Translations under genes and position numbers: made by a program
Assembly: GCA_039799785.1 (NCBI GenBank)
Contig: JBDLRZ010000013.1
Location: forward strand, 6,072 to 70,071
Source of the DNA: Bacillota bacterium
GTDB lineage: Bacteria > Bacillota_I > Bacilli_A > RFN20 > CAG-826
Length of the DNA: 64,000 nucleotides
Direction: 5' to 3'
Notes under the pieces: model-generated
What the model was told of the DNA's origin: nothing
What the model saw: the letters and a program-made list of their open reading frames with translations, nothing else
The model's database searches: none
Shown here: in pieces, positions 19,052 to 27,725 of the stretch
Layout: every line of letters starts with the position of its first letter
Position numbering within the stretch: the stretch's first letter is position 1

Positions 19052-19874
19052 ATCGATTATTAACCAAAGATTATCTTCATTAATTGAAAAGTATAGTTCA
19101 CGGGACATTGTTCATAAACTCGAACAACAGTTTAAGAGTTTGCAAAAAAAAGAAATCAATCCAGCGTTAATTGATGATATTCCGGTCTTAAAAGAAGTAA
19201 CGATTCGAAGTGATCAATTGAGGGATTTGTTAGAAACCTTAACTGAAAAACCTCTTTTAAATCCTCTATTATTAAGACAAGTCAATGGTCGGTTTCAAAT
19301 CGTACTTGGACGCAAAATTTGGTATGCAACCAAACTCTTAAAGTTTCAAAAGGTTCCAGTAGTTGTCACCACAATGTCGGATGAAGAAATGCTTTTAGTC
19401 TTACTCGCTTCCTTACGTGAAGAAACCGAACAAAATGTTATGGCCATCGCCTTGGTTTGTCAGTCTTTAATTGATCAATACCAGTACCGGCAAGTTGCTT
19501 TAGCAAAAATTATGCATTATTCTCGGTCCCAAGTTTCAAATATCTTGAGACTATTAAAATTACCAGTCTTTACTCGAAAACTGATTAACGCACAGACCAT
19601 CACGTATGGTCACGCCAAAATTTTGGTAACGCTCGATACAGAACTCATTGATGCACTCGTTCTAAAATTAATTAAAGAAAAATTATCGGTTCGAGAATTT
19701 GAACGACTTGTTAAAGAACATAAGCCACAAGTGGTGAATCCAGTGAATGAAAAAAACTTAGAACAACAATTTTCGAGTCAAGTTGTATCGACCAAGAAAA
19801 GTATAAAATTCAGTTTTGATTCTTCAGAAGCGCTTGTTCGATTTGTGGATCAACTTATTCATGGAAAAAAATAA
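19038..19874 (+). CDS. parB: ParB/Spo0J-like protein, divergent (HTH retained, N-terminal CTP-binding motifs degenerate)
   Basis: Start moved to ATG 19038 (GAAGGAGG 10 nt upstream). The HTH region QVALAKIMHYSRSQVSNILRLLKLP aligns to the Spo0J HTH. GRKIWYATK sits where GERRxRAAK is expected. Confidence 0.7.
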   Translation: MAERKSIINQRLSSLIEKYSSRDIVHKLEQQFKSLQKKEINPALIDDIPVLKEVTIRSDQLRDLLETLTEKPLLNPLLLRQVNGRFQIVLGRKIWYATKLLKFQKVPVVVTTMSDEEMLLVLLASLREETEQNVMAIALVCQSLIDQYQYRQVALAKIMHYSRSQVSNILRLLKLPVFTRKLINAQTITYGHAKILVTLDTELIDALVLKLIKEKLSVREFERLVKEHKPQVVNPVNEKNLEQQFSSQVVSTKKSIKFSFDSSEALVRFVDQLIHGKK

Positions 19875-20481
19875 TTTGACCTACAAAAAATCTTCATTAC
19901 GATATCTTGCATTGGTCGGTATTTTAGCAGGTTTAACTTACTTACTTTACTTACCAATTCTTCGGATACCAGTTATCTTATTTTTAGAAATTAATCTTTC
20001 AGAAATTGTCATGTTTATTGGTGGTTTTTCATTAGGCCCACTCGCCGCGATTTTTTTAGGAGCCTTTCGTTTTTTATTCTCGCTACCATTTACGACAACC
20101 GGTGGGATCGGTGAATTTGCAGATTTGATATATTCGCTTGCCTTTGTTTTACCCGGCGCCTGGTTATATCAACAGTCAAGGACTAAGCAAACTGCGATGG
20201 TTGGTTTTATCATCGGATTTATTCTACAAATTACCCTTACATCTTTATTCAATGCATTATGGATTACAGATTTATACCTTGAATTATTTTTAAATATTAC
20301 TCCGGAAGAATTTCTTGCTTACGTTCAAACCGCCATACCTCAAGTTACCAATCCATATTGGTCGCTTGTTCTATGGATGTATTTACCTTTTAATGTATTC
20401 AAAAACACGATTGTTATTTTCTTAACTTTAATCAGCTATAAGCGATTACATCGTTTGATCAAACGATTTAAATCGACATAA
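19861..20481 (+). CDS. ECF-transporter S-component-like membrane protein (RibU-like)
   Basis: 206 aa from MEKNNLTYKK, with about 5-6 TM helices and the C-terminal PFNVFKNTIVIFLTLISYKRL typical of ECF S components. Substrate unknown. Confidence 0.5.
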   Translation: MEKNNLTYKKSSLRYLALVGILAGLTYLLYLPILRIPVILFLEINLSEIVMFIGGFSLGPLAAIFLGAFRFLFSLPFTTTGGIGEFADLIYSLAFVLPGAWLYQQSRTKQTAMVGFIIGFILQITLTSLFNALWITDLYLELFLNITPEEFLAYVQTAIPQVTNPYWSLVLWMYLPFNVFKNTIVIFLTLISYKRLHRLIKRFKST

Positions 20482-20483
20482 CA

Positions 20484-20687
20484 TTATTTGACTTCAATTG
20501 CAGCGGTTGGGCAGTTTACTTTGGCTTCTTCAACATCGGATTCTTGACCTTGTGGTACCGCACTAACAATGGCCTTCATTTTGCCATCATCATCCCAATC
20601 AAAAACAGAAGGTACGATTGCATTGCATAATCCGCAAGCGATACATAAGTCTTTAATCACTATCGGTTTTTTTGGGTCCATATTCAT
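20484..20687 (-). CDS. fer: Small [4Fe-4S] ferredoxin
   Basis: CIACGLCNAIVP ... CPTAAIEV cluster motifs. The ORF-track N-terminus is untypical. The start is probably ATG 20687 (MNMDPKK) or 20681 (MDPKK). Confidence 0.8.
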   Translation of the reverse strand: MNMDPKKPIVIKDLCIACGLCNAIVPSVFDWDDDGKMKAIVSAVPQGQESDVEEAKVNCPTAAIEVK

Positions 20688-20724
20688 ATTATAATGAGGA
20701 ATATTAAGAAACGCACCCCCCAAT

Positions 20725-20964
20725 ATGATGAAATTATTTAACTTTAAAAGGATTCCCCAAAGTCGCATTCAAAAGTTTGCGAAATACCGTCGTCAAATTT
20801 TAAAAATGAATCGTTATCAACTTTCTCAAGATGCTCAAACCTTTGTATCGGAACAAAATGCTAAATCCTTTCATCCGTCCATTAACATTTTGATGTGGAT
20901 TATGGGTGCGACCGTGATAATCCTACTCATCCTTGTGGTGGCTTTGGTATACTTTGGAAGATGA
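20725..20964 (+). CDS. Small hypothetical membrane protein (one C-terminal TM helix)
   Basis: 79 aa with the TM helix ILMWIMGATVIILLILVVALVYF. Its stop overlaps the cmk start (ATGA), suggesting real coupled translation. No clear RBS. Confidence 0.4.
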   Translation: MMKLFNFKRIPQSRIQKFAKYRRQILKMNRYQLSQDAQTFVSEQNAKSFHPSINILMWIMGATVIILLILVVALVYFGR

Positions 20965-21638
20965 AAAACAAACTGATCTTGGCAATTGATGGTCCTGCCG
21001 CAGCAGGAAAATCAACAGTTGCCAAACTCGTCGCTAAAAAACTTAATATTACCTACATTGATACGGGTGCGATGTACCGCGCTTTTACATTATTTGTGAT
21101 GCAAAAAGGTGTTGATCCGCAACAACAATTATTATGTGAGGCTTTGATTCCTCAAGTGAAGATATTGTTAGCGCCGACGGGTGAAGTGTATTTAAATGGT
21201 CAAGATGTTTCAAAAGAAATACGGGACCCCAAAGTTTCATCCCAAGTCTCCTATATTGCCTCTTACAAAGCCATCCGATTAGCATTAGTAGATTTACAAC
21301 GCCATATGGCAGGTAATCAATCGGTGGTGATGGATGGTCGAGATATTGGCACTTATGTTCTTCCCGAAGCAAACATTAAAATTTTTCAGATTGCCTCCGT
21401 GGAAACCCGAGCAGTTCGTCGTTATGAAGAAAATTTAAGTAAAGGTATCACTTGCACACTTGAAAGTGTAGAAGAAGATTTAAGACACCGAGACTATATT
21501 GATTCCCATCGTGATTTCGCTCCACTAAAACCCGCTAACGATTCCATCTTGATTGATACTTCATTTATGACGGTTCATGAAGTCGTGGAACGTATTCTTG
21601 AAATTGTGCATAAAAAAGTAGGCACAATTCATGCTTAA
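20961..21638 (+). CDS. cmk: Cytidylate kinase
   Basis: Start moved to MKNKLILAIDGPAAAGKST (P-loop). DTGAMYR motif present. Confidence 0.9.
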   Translation: MKNKLILAIDGPAAAGKSTVAKLVAKKLNITYIDTGAMYRAFTLFVMQKGVDPQQQLLCEALIPQVKILLAPTGEVYLNGQDVSKEIRDPKVSSQVSYIASYKAIRLALVDLQRHMAGNQSVVMDGRDIGTYVLPEANIKIFQIASVETRAVRRYEENLSKGITCTLESVEEDLRHRDYIDSHRDFAPLKPANDSILIDTSFMTVHEVVERILEIVHKKVGTIHA

Positions 21639-22941
21639 AGGTATAGTTGCCATCGTTGGGGCACCCAACGTTGGTAAGTCCACCCTTTTCAATCGAATGA
21701 TTGGTAAAAGGCAAGCGATTACGGATAATACACCTGGATTAACAAGAGACCGAATATATGCTGAAGCAGAATGGTTAACGGTTCCTTTTCGTTTAATTGA
21801 TACCGGTGGTATCGAAGTAACAAAAAGACCACTACAAGAACAAATTAGAATCCAAGCTTCTATTGCAATTCAAGAAGCAGATGTGATTATTTATCTCGTC
21901 GATGGTCGAAAAGGTATTACAGCAGATGATCTACTTGTTTCATCAATTTTATTTAAATCTGGAAAGCCTATTATTTTGGGCGTCAATAAAATTGATGATG
22001 GTCAATTAATTGGTGATGTGAATGATTATTATCGACTAGGTATTGGTACGCCGATTGCCATTTCAACGCTACACGGCATCGGGATTGGTGACTTATTAGA
22101 CGCTGTCATTAAACAACTACCTAAAAACAAATCAATTCCAAGTTATCAAGGTCATACTCAATTTGCCGTCGTAGGTCGTCCTAATGTTGGAAAATCAAGT
22201 TTGGTCAATGCCATTCTTCAGCAAGAACGAGTGATTGTTTCCCCAATTGAAGGAACGACGCGAGATGCAATCGATACAACTTTCCAATTTGAAGGAACCG
22301 ATTATGTGATGATTGATACAGCTGGTTTAAAGAAGCGTGGTGCGATTTTTGAATCGATTGATAAATATGCAGCAATTCGTTCCCTAAGAGCGATTGAAAG
22401 AGCTCAAGTGGTGGTGGTTGTGATCAATGCGGATGATGGTTTATTAGAACAAGATAAACACATTGCGGGTTATGCCTTTCAAGCATTTAAAGGAATGGTG
22501 CTTGTTGTTAATAAATGGGATCTTGCCAAAAAAGGTGATCGCGATATAAACCAATACACTAAAAAATTAAGACTGTTAATGCCTTTCTTGGAATTTGTGC
22601 CTATTCTTTATACGTCAGCATTAAAGAAAACAAAACTTGATGAGATCATTAAAACGGTTAAGCAAGTCTATGAGGCAACGCAACGACGTGTACCAACTGC
22701 ACGATTGAATGAGTTACTTGTCGATGCTCAATTAATGAACCAAACACCCGAATTTAACGGCGGTCGTTTGCGAATTTACTATGGTGAGCAAGTCAGTCAA
22801 AATCCACCAACATTTGTTCTGTTTTGTAATAAACCAAATTTCATGCACTTTTCATATGAACGATTTTTGGAAAATCGTTTACGAGAAAGTTTTGACTTTA
22901 CGGGAACTCCAATTAAAATAATCACCAGAGAACGAAAATGA
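21631..22941 (+). CDS. der: Ribosome-associated GTPase Der (EngA), tandem GTPase domains plus KH-like domain
   Basis: Two G1 motifs (GAPNVGKST, GRPNVGKSS), two DTGG/DTAG motifs and two NKxD motifs. Confidence 0.95.
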   Translation: MLKGIVAIVGAPNVGKSTLFNRMIGKRQAITDNTPGLTRDRIYAEAEWLTVPFRLIDTGGIEVTKRPLQEQIRIQASIAIQEADVIIYLVDGRKGITADDLLVSSILFKSGKPIILGVNKIDDGQLIGDVNDYYRLGIGTPIAISTLHGIGIGDLLDAVIKQLPKNKSIPSYQGHTQFAVVGRPNVGKSSLVNAILQQERVIVSPIEGTTRDAIDTTFQFEGTDYVMIDTAGLKKRGAIFESIDKYAAIRSLRAIERAQVVVVVINADDGLLEQDKHIAGYAFQAFKGMVLVVNKWDLAKKGDRDINQYTKKLRLLMPFLEFVPILYTSALKKTKLDEIIKTVKQVYEATQRRVPTARLNELLVDAQLMNQTPEFNGGRLRIYYGEQVSQNPPTFVLFCNKPNFMHFSYERFLENRLRESFDFTGTPIKIITRERK

Positions 22942-23942
22942 AAAACAAAGTTGCCATTATTGGTGCAGGCTCATGGGGCACTGCCTTAGCTCAAGTCCTT
23001 GCCGATAACGGGCATGACGTTTTGATGTACGCAAAAGATCCAAAAGTTTGTCTTGAAATTAATGACCGCCATACCAATTCTTCATACTTTAAAGATGTAT
23101 TTAATCTTCCAAAATCTATCAAGGCTTCTTGCCAACTTCAAGACGTTATCTTGAACCAAGATGTCATTCTGTTAAGTGTCCCTTCGCATGCCGTGAGAGA
23201 TATGGTCAAAAGTATTGCACCAATGCTCACACACAAAACATGCATCATTAATACTGCAAAAGGCTTTGATCCCTTAACGAACCAAAGGCTTTCTGAAACG
23301 ATTCGTGCTTTACTTCCTAAGAAAATGGTTAAAGCAGTTGTCAGTTTAATTGGCCCTTCCCATGCAGAAGAAGTGATTGATCGTCAACTCACGTTGGTTT
23401 CTGCTGTTTGTAAAAAACTCGAATATGCTGAAATGGTTTCCCAATTATTTTCAAATGAATATTTCCGAGTCTATGTGCAACAAGATGAAATTGGATCTGA
23501 AATTGGATCTGCTTTAAAAAACGTTATTGCGATTGCAAGTGGCGTTGTCACAGGATTAAATCTTGGTGATAATGCTCGTGCGGCGTTAGTCACACGCGGT
23601 CTAGCTGAATTGATGCGATTAGGAAAAGTTCTCGGTGGTAAACTTAAAACGCATGCTGGATTAACAGGTCTAGGTGATCTCATTGTTACCTGTTATTCAA
23701 AGCATTCTCGTAATTATCAAGCCGGTATCAAAATTGGAAAAGACGACTCTGCAAAAAACTTTTTAGAAACCAATCAAGAAACCGTTGAAGGCGTCGCTTT
23801 TGCAAAAATTGCGCATCAACTTGCAAAAAAATATCGATTAAAATTACCAATCATTGAAGCAGTTTATGCCGTATTATACGAGAAAAAACGCCCTTCAGAA
23901 TTAATCAAATCTTTAATGAATCGGCCATTACGAGTAGAATAA
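22938..23942 (+). CDS. gpsA: NAD(P)H-dependent glycerol-3-phosphate dehydrogenase
   Basis: Rossmann motif IIGAGSWGTALA, plus NVIAIASG and GLTGLGDLIVTC blocks. ATGA overlap with der. Confidence 0.9.
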   Translation: MKNKVAIIGAGSWGTALAQVLADNGHDVLMYAKDPKVCLEINDRHTNSSYFKDVFNLPKSIKASCQLQDVILNQDVILLSVPSHAVRDMVKSIAPMLTHKTCIINTAKGFDPLTNQRLSETIRALLPKKMVKAVVSLIGPSHAEEVIDRQLTLVSAVCKKLEYAEMVSQLFSNEYFRVYVQQDEIGSEIGSALKNVIAIASGVVTGLNLGDNARAALVTRGLAELMRLGKVLGGKLKTHAGLTGLGDLIVTCYSKHSRNYQAGIKIGKDDSAKNFLETNQETVEGVAFAKIAHQLAKKYRLKLPIIEAVYAVLYEKKRPSELIKSLMNRPLRVE

Positions 23943-24054
23943 ATTTATTTTTTGCGAATCCATTTTAAATTTGAAGATTTATCGTAAATGAAATTTTGTT
24001 GCATTTTTTTCGATACTATGCTACTTTATACGCAGAAAGATCTAGGAGGAATAT

Positions 24055-24327
24055 ATGAACAAAGTAGATCTAGTTGAAGTCGTCGCCAAGGAAACTGGAC
24101 ACAGCAAGAAAGATGCTGAAAAAGTCCTCGAAGTCGTCTTAGGTGCTTTAACCAAAGCCTTAAGCAAAGGCCAACCAGTTAAGTTAGCTGGATTTGGTGC
24201 ATTTACTGTCCGTAACCGCAAAGCTCGCATTGGTGTCAAACCAGGAACCACTGAAAAAATCAAGATTCCTGCAACCAAGGTTGTCGGTTTCAAGGCCAGC
24301 AAGACCTTAAAAGAAAAAGTTCGCTAG
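24055..24327 (+). CDS. hup: HU-family DNA-binding protein
   Basis: 90 aa: MNKVDLVEVVAKETGHSKKDAEKVL ... GFGAFTVRNRKARIGVKPGT. GGAGGA RBS. Confidence 0.95.
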   Translation: MNKVDLVEVVAKETGHSKKDAEKVLEVVLGALTKALSKGQPVKLAGFGAFTVRNRKARIGVKPGTTEKIKIPATKVVGFKASKTLKEKVR

Positions 24328-24347
24328 ACTTTAGTCAGCAAACTTCA

Positions 24348-24381
24348 GGGGATAGATGGAATACCATCTATCCCTTTTTTA
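24348..24381 (+). terminator. Rho-independent terminator after hup
   Basis: 11-bp stem gggatagatgg/ccatctatccc, loop aata, followed by tttttt. Confidence 0.8.
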
Positions 24382-24409
24382 TTTGTTTTGAAATGGTTAT
24401 CATAAGAAC

Positions 24410-25078
24410 ATGAACTTAAATCCTTTTCTTGAATTATCAAAAACGTTTAAAGATCATGGTTTTCATTTGTGGATGATTGGCGGATCGAGTAGAGATTATT
24501 TGTTAGGTTTACCGATTGAAGACTTTGATTTAACAACGGATGCGAAACCTACAGAGATGCAAACGTTTCTTCCCCATGCAAACTTTCGTTTTGCGCATTA
24601 TGGCACGGTTCAATTAAAATCAGGTTCAATCAGCATTGATATCACAACGCTTAGACAAGAATCGATATATCAAGATAAACGTCATCCTCAATCAATTACC
24701 TTCGTCAAAGAACCTAAGCTCGACTATTTAAGAAGAGATCTCACGATTAATGCAATTTATCTTGATGCAAATCTAAAGATTTTAGATTTTGCAAATGGTT
24801 TAGAGGACTTAAAACTTCAAACGTTAAGAATGATTGGTGACCCCTATTTACGCTTACAAGAAGATCCATTGAGAATCCTTCGCGTCTTGCGCTTTCAACA
24901 TAAACTCGGATTTAAGCAAGAACCCGTCCTCGCAAAGGCTCTCAATCAAAGTTTGCCTTTACTTGAATACCTTAATCCGCAAAAAGTGAAGCAAGAATAT
25001 CAAAAAATGATGAAGCACCAACCTTTTGAGGCAACTTTACTGCTTGCATCATACGGACTTCATCCGGAATTAGATTGA
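24410..25078 (+). CDS. Short class-II tRNA nucleotidyltransferase (CCA-enzyme / poly(A)-polymerase head-neck domain only)
   Basis: 222 aa with motif A GGSSRDYLLGLPIEDFDLTT, motif B RRDLTINAIY and motif D EDPLRILRVLRF. There is no body/tail region before the next gene. Confidence 0.7.
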   Translation: MNLNPFLELSKTFKDHGFHLWMIGGSSRDYLLGLPIEDFDLTTDAKPTEMQTFLPHANFRFAHYGTVQLKSGSISIDITTLRQESIYQDKRHPQSITFVKEPKLDYLRRDLTINAIYLDANLKILDFANGLEDLKLQTLRMIGDPYLRLQEDPLRILRVLRFQHKLGFKQEPVLAKALNQSLPLLEYLNPQKVKQEYQKMMKHQPFEATLLLASYGLHPELD

Positions 25079-25096
25079 GTTGGTATAATAACCCAT

Positions 25097-25750
25097 ATGA
25101 TGAATGCAATGTTTGAGGCTTTAGATTTAAAGCATTTGCTCCTTGACCACTATAAGGCACTTGGTTTTCAAGAAAAACATGTGATGGTGATTTTAGTGAT
25201 GGATCAACTTATCAAGCAAGATAATCATCTTATTACAGCCGAGTTATTGAGTTTAAAAATGACCTTACCTTTAGATGAAATTGATGCAACCATGGTCGAT
25301 CTATTAAATCGAAAATTTATTGAATATGTGACCATTGAAGGAAAAACTCACACCACGTTAAACCCACTCAAACAACTGCTTTATAAACGCTTTCAACAGC
25401 AGGTCATTCATCAAACGCAAGAATTCAATGTGAATGCTGAAGCGAATGTGTTTCAAATGATTGAAAAAGGATTTGGTCGCACGCTTTCTCCATTAGAAGT
25501 ATCACGTATCCAAGATTGGATACAATTCGGTTATAGCGAATCCTTAATCCTTTTAAGCTTACAAGACGCAATGACAAAACAAAAAAAATCGATTCGATAT
25601 ATGGATAAATATCTACAAAAACAAACCATGAAAGAAAATTTCAATCAAGAAGGTCATCCTTCTTTGCAACAAGAACCCCACCAAGGTATCCAGAAAAAGT
25701 TATCTGAAATTTCTGAAAATCTCGAGCATGGATTTAAACAAAAGAAATAA
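25097..25750 (+). CDS. dnaD: DnaD-domain replication initiation / membrane attachment protein
   Basis: C-terminal DnaD/DnaB_2 domain (FEKGFGRTLSPLEVSRIQDWI...SIRYMDKYL). Syntenic with nth, as in Bacillus. Confidence 0.7.
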   Translation: MMNAMFEALDLKHLLLDHYKALGFQEKHVMVILVMDQLIKQDNHLITAELLSLKMTLPLDEIDATMVDLLNRKFIEYVTIEGKTHTTLNPLKQLLYKRFQQQVIHQTQEFNVNAEANVFQMIEKGFGRTLSPLEVSRIQDWIQFGYSESLILLSLQDAMTKQKKSIRYMDKYLQKQTMKENFNQEGHPSLQQEPHQGIQKKLSEISENLEHGFKQKK

Positions 25751-26387
25751 AGTCCTACGATTCCTTGATGAGCATTATCCCAATGTCGGATGTGAATTAA
25801 GATATCGGAAGGACTATGAACTTTTAATCGCAGTGGTCTTATCTGCCCAAACGACAGATCAAGCTGTTAATCGCGTCACACCAAGATTATTTAAAACCTT
25901 TCCAAGATTAGAAAATTTAGCACAAGCGCCAATTCAGGCAATCGAAACCATTATTCAATCCATTGGTTTATTTCGAACCAAGGCCAAGCATATTAAGGCG
26001 CTGGCTACCATACTCGTCAATGAACATGATGGAAAAGTTCCTTCAGATAAATTAATCCTAACCCGTTTACCAGGCGTGGGAAATAAAACTGCCAATGTCG
26101 TAAGAGCAGAACTTTTTAAAATTCCAGAGATTGCCGTCGATACGCATGTTCATCGTTTATCATGGCGGTTGGGTATATCCAAAAGAACGGATTCGGTTTC
26201 AACGACAGAAAAGAAGTTAAGAAAAGCCTTTCCCGAAGAACGATATATTTTACTCCATCACCAACTCATTCACTTTGGTCGGTATGCTTGTCAGGCAAAA
26301 AAACCTCAATGTGAAGGCTGCGCATTACAATCTATGTGTAAAGAGCCTCATAAATACTTAGAAAAACCATTGATCAATCGCCGCTAA
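25728..26387 (+). CDS. nth: Endonuclease III (DNA glycosylase/AP lyase)
   Basis: HhH-GPD region LPGVGNKTANVV, catalytic VDTHV, and C-terminal Fe-S Cys ligands CQAKKPQCEGCALQSMC. Confidence 0.9.
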   Translation: MDLNKRNKVLRFLDEHYPNVGCELRYRKDYELLIAVVLSAQTTDQAVNRVTPRLFKTFPRLENLAQAPIQAIETIIQSIGLFRTKAKHIKALATILVNEHDGKVPSDKLILTRLPGVGNKTANVVRAELFKIPEIAVDTHVHRLSWRLGISKRTDSVSTTEKKLRKAFPEERYILLHHQLIHFGRYACQAKKPQCEGCALQSMCKEPHKYLEKPLINRR

Positions 26388-26945
26388 ATAATCTATTCTT
26401 GGTTGAAATGCTATTTGGATTCTTTTGCCTTTGCTTTTGATCCATGCATAAGGTAACGATTGTCGAGTTTCTTTGACCATAAATTGGAGAAAATCCTTTG
26501 CATGTAATACATAGACCTCATCTTTTTTTGTAAATGAAATTAGTAAAAATGCGATGCCACCATGGTCAAGCACACGTTGTAAGTGAAGTCGCTGATGAAC
26601 GGTAATGTTTGCAATCGCTAACGAAGTGTTGGATTGTGTTGATTTAGCCTCAAAGTCGATATACTTACCACGATAAATTCCATTGTAATCAGTGGTAGAT
26701 TGTTTTTCAAAATAAGCCTGTGTAATTTTTGCCCCACGCTGATAATCCACCTTTACCACATTGATAGGTGTCGGTCTTTTGGTAATGACTGCCCGATTGG
26801 TTTCTAAATAAAATTGATTGGTTATATTGATTTCCTTTTCAAAATCCATTCCTCGGTTTTTATAGGAATTAATCGAAAGTTTTTTAAGATTTTGCTTTAC
26901 CTTTGTTTGAACAGTTTTTTTAACTCCGTTTGGATAATGAATCAT
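26358..26945 (-). CDS. recU: Holliday junction resolvase RecU
   Basis: NRGMDFEKEIN, VITKRPTP and DYNGIYRGKYIDFEAKST blocks are typical of RecU. The 3' end overlaps the nth 3' end by 30 nt (convergent). Confidence 0.85.
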   Translation of the reverse strand: MIHYPNGVKKTVQTKVKQNLKKLSINSYKNRGMDFEKEINITNQFYLETNRAVITKRPTPINVVKVDYQRGAKITQAYFEKQSTTDYNGIYRGKYIDFEAKSTQSNTSLAIANITVHQRLHLQRVLDHGGIAFLLISFTKKDEVYVLHAKDFLQFMVKETRQSLPYAWIKSKGKRIQIAFQPRIDYLAAIDQWFF

Positions 26946-27667
26946 CCTAAGTAATCCTTGATTTGAGACATAAAAATTTCTTTATTGATCGGTTGTTCTT
27001 TTAAAATCAATTGAATCATTTGCTTGAGAGGTTCTGGTACATGTCGAAGCAATTGAAAAACTTTGACATATTCTTCAAGCACAATATCTTTTCGTTCAAG
27101 CACTTTTCGATACAGTAACATTAAATTTTTGGCATCATCCAAGGGTTGATGGTGGACACCTTGAAAGCTTTCCTTAAATACTAATAGATTATTGATTAAC
27201 GATAATGGATTGCCATTTTGATCTTTGATGAATTCACCAAGGAATAATGAAAAATCGATTAGATTTTGAGTTACATTTTTCACAATCGATTCATCTGCAT
27301 CCGGCGAGTAATGAAAGGATTGATGAAAAATTCGACTATCATGATTGCCAAACACAATGAAAGCAGCCTTCTTAAAGTTTTTACCAACATAATTTCTCAA
27401 GGTTAGCATTGCTTTGGCATAGCTGATGCCTTTATCAACGACATCGACTTCGGTAATATTCGTTAATTGTGTAACATAACGACCGACTTCTTTTTTAGGT
27501 CTAACCAAATGAAACATCCCTTTGTAAGTTTTCTTAATGGTTAAATCTTCATGCAAGTCTGCCTTGATGGCAGCGATAGCAATTAATTCATGGGATTGTT
27601 GTGTCCCTTCCAGGTCAAGAAAAACTACGGTTCGACGATGCGCAAGTAACTTCGCTAACTTTTTCAT
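26942..27667 (-). CDS. DEDDh-type 3'-5' exonuclease domain protein
   Basis: Exo I VVFLDLEGT and Exo III HHQPLDDAKNL motifs. ATGA overlap with the downstream recU. Confidence 0.55.
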   Translation of the reverse strand: MKKLAKLLAHRRTVVFLDLEGTQQSHELIAIAAIKADLHEDLTIKKTYKGMFHLVRPKKEVGRYVTQLTNITEVDVVDKGISYAKAMLTLRNYVGKNFKKAAFIVFGNHDSRIFHQSFHYSPDADESIVKNVTQNLIDFSLFLGEFIKDQNGNPLSLINNLLVFKESFQGVHHQPLDDAKNLMLLYRKVLERKDIVLEEYVKVFQLLRHVPEPLKQMIQLILKEQPINKEIFMSQIKDYLG

Positions 27668-27725
27668 AAGTCCATTTTATTATATACTCACTTTTTGTTT
27701 CAATCCTTTATAATATGAGCAAGTT

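Noticed and set aside
24042-24302. 86-aa ORF antisense to hup
   Set aside because: The plus-strand HU reading frame is unambiguous. The antisense frame has no features.
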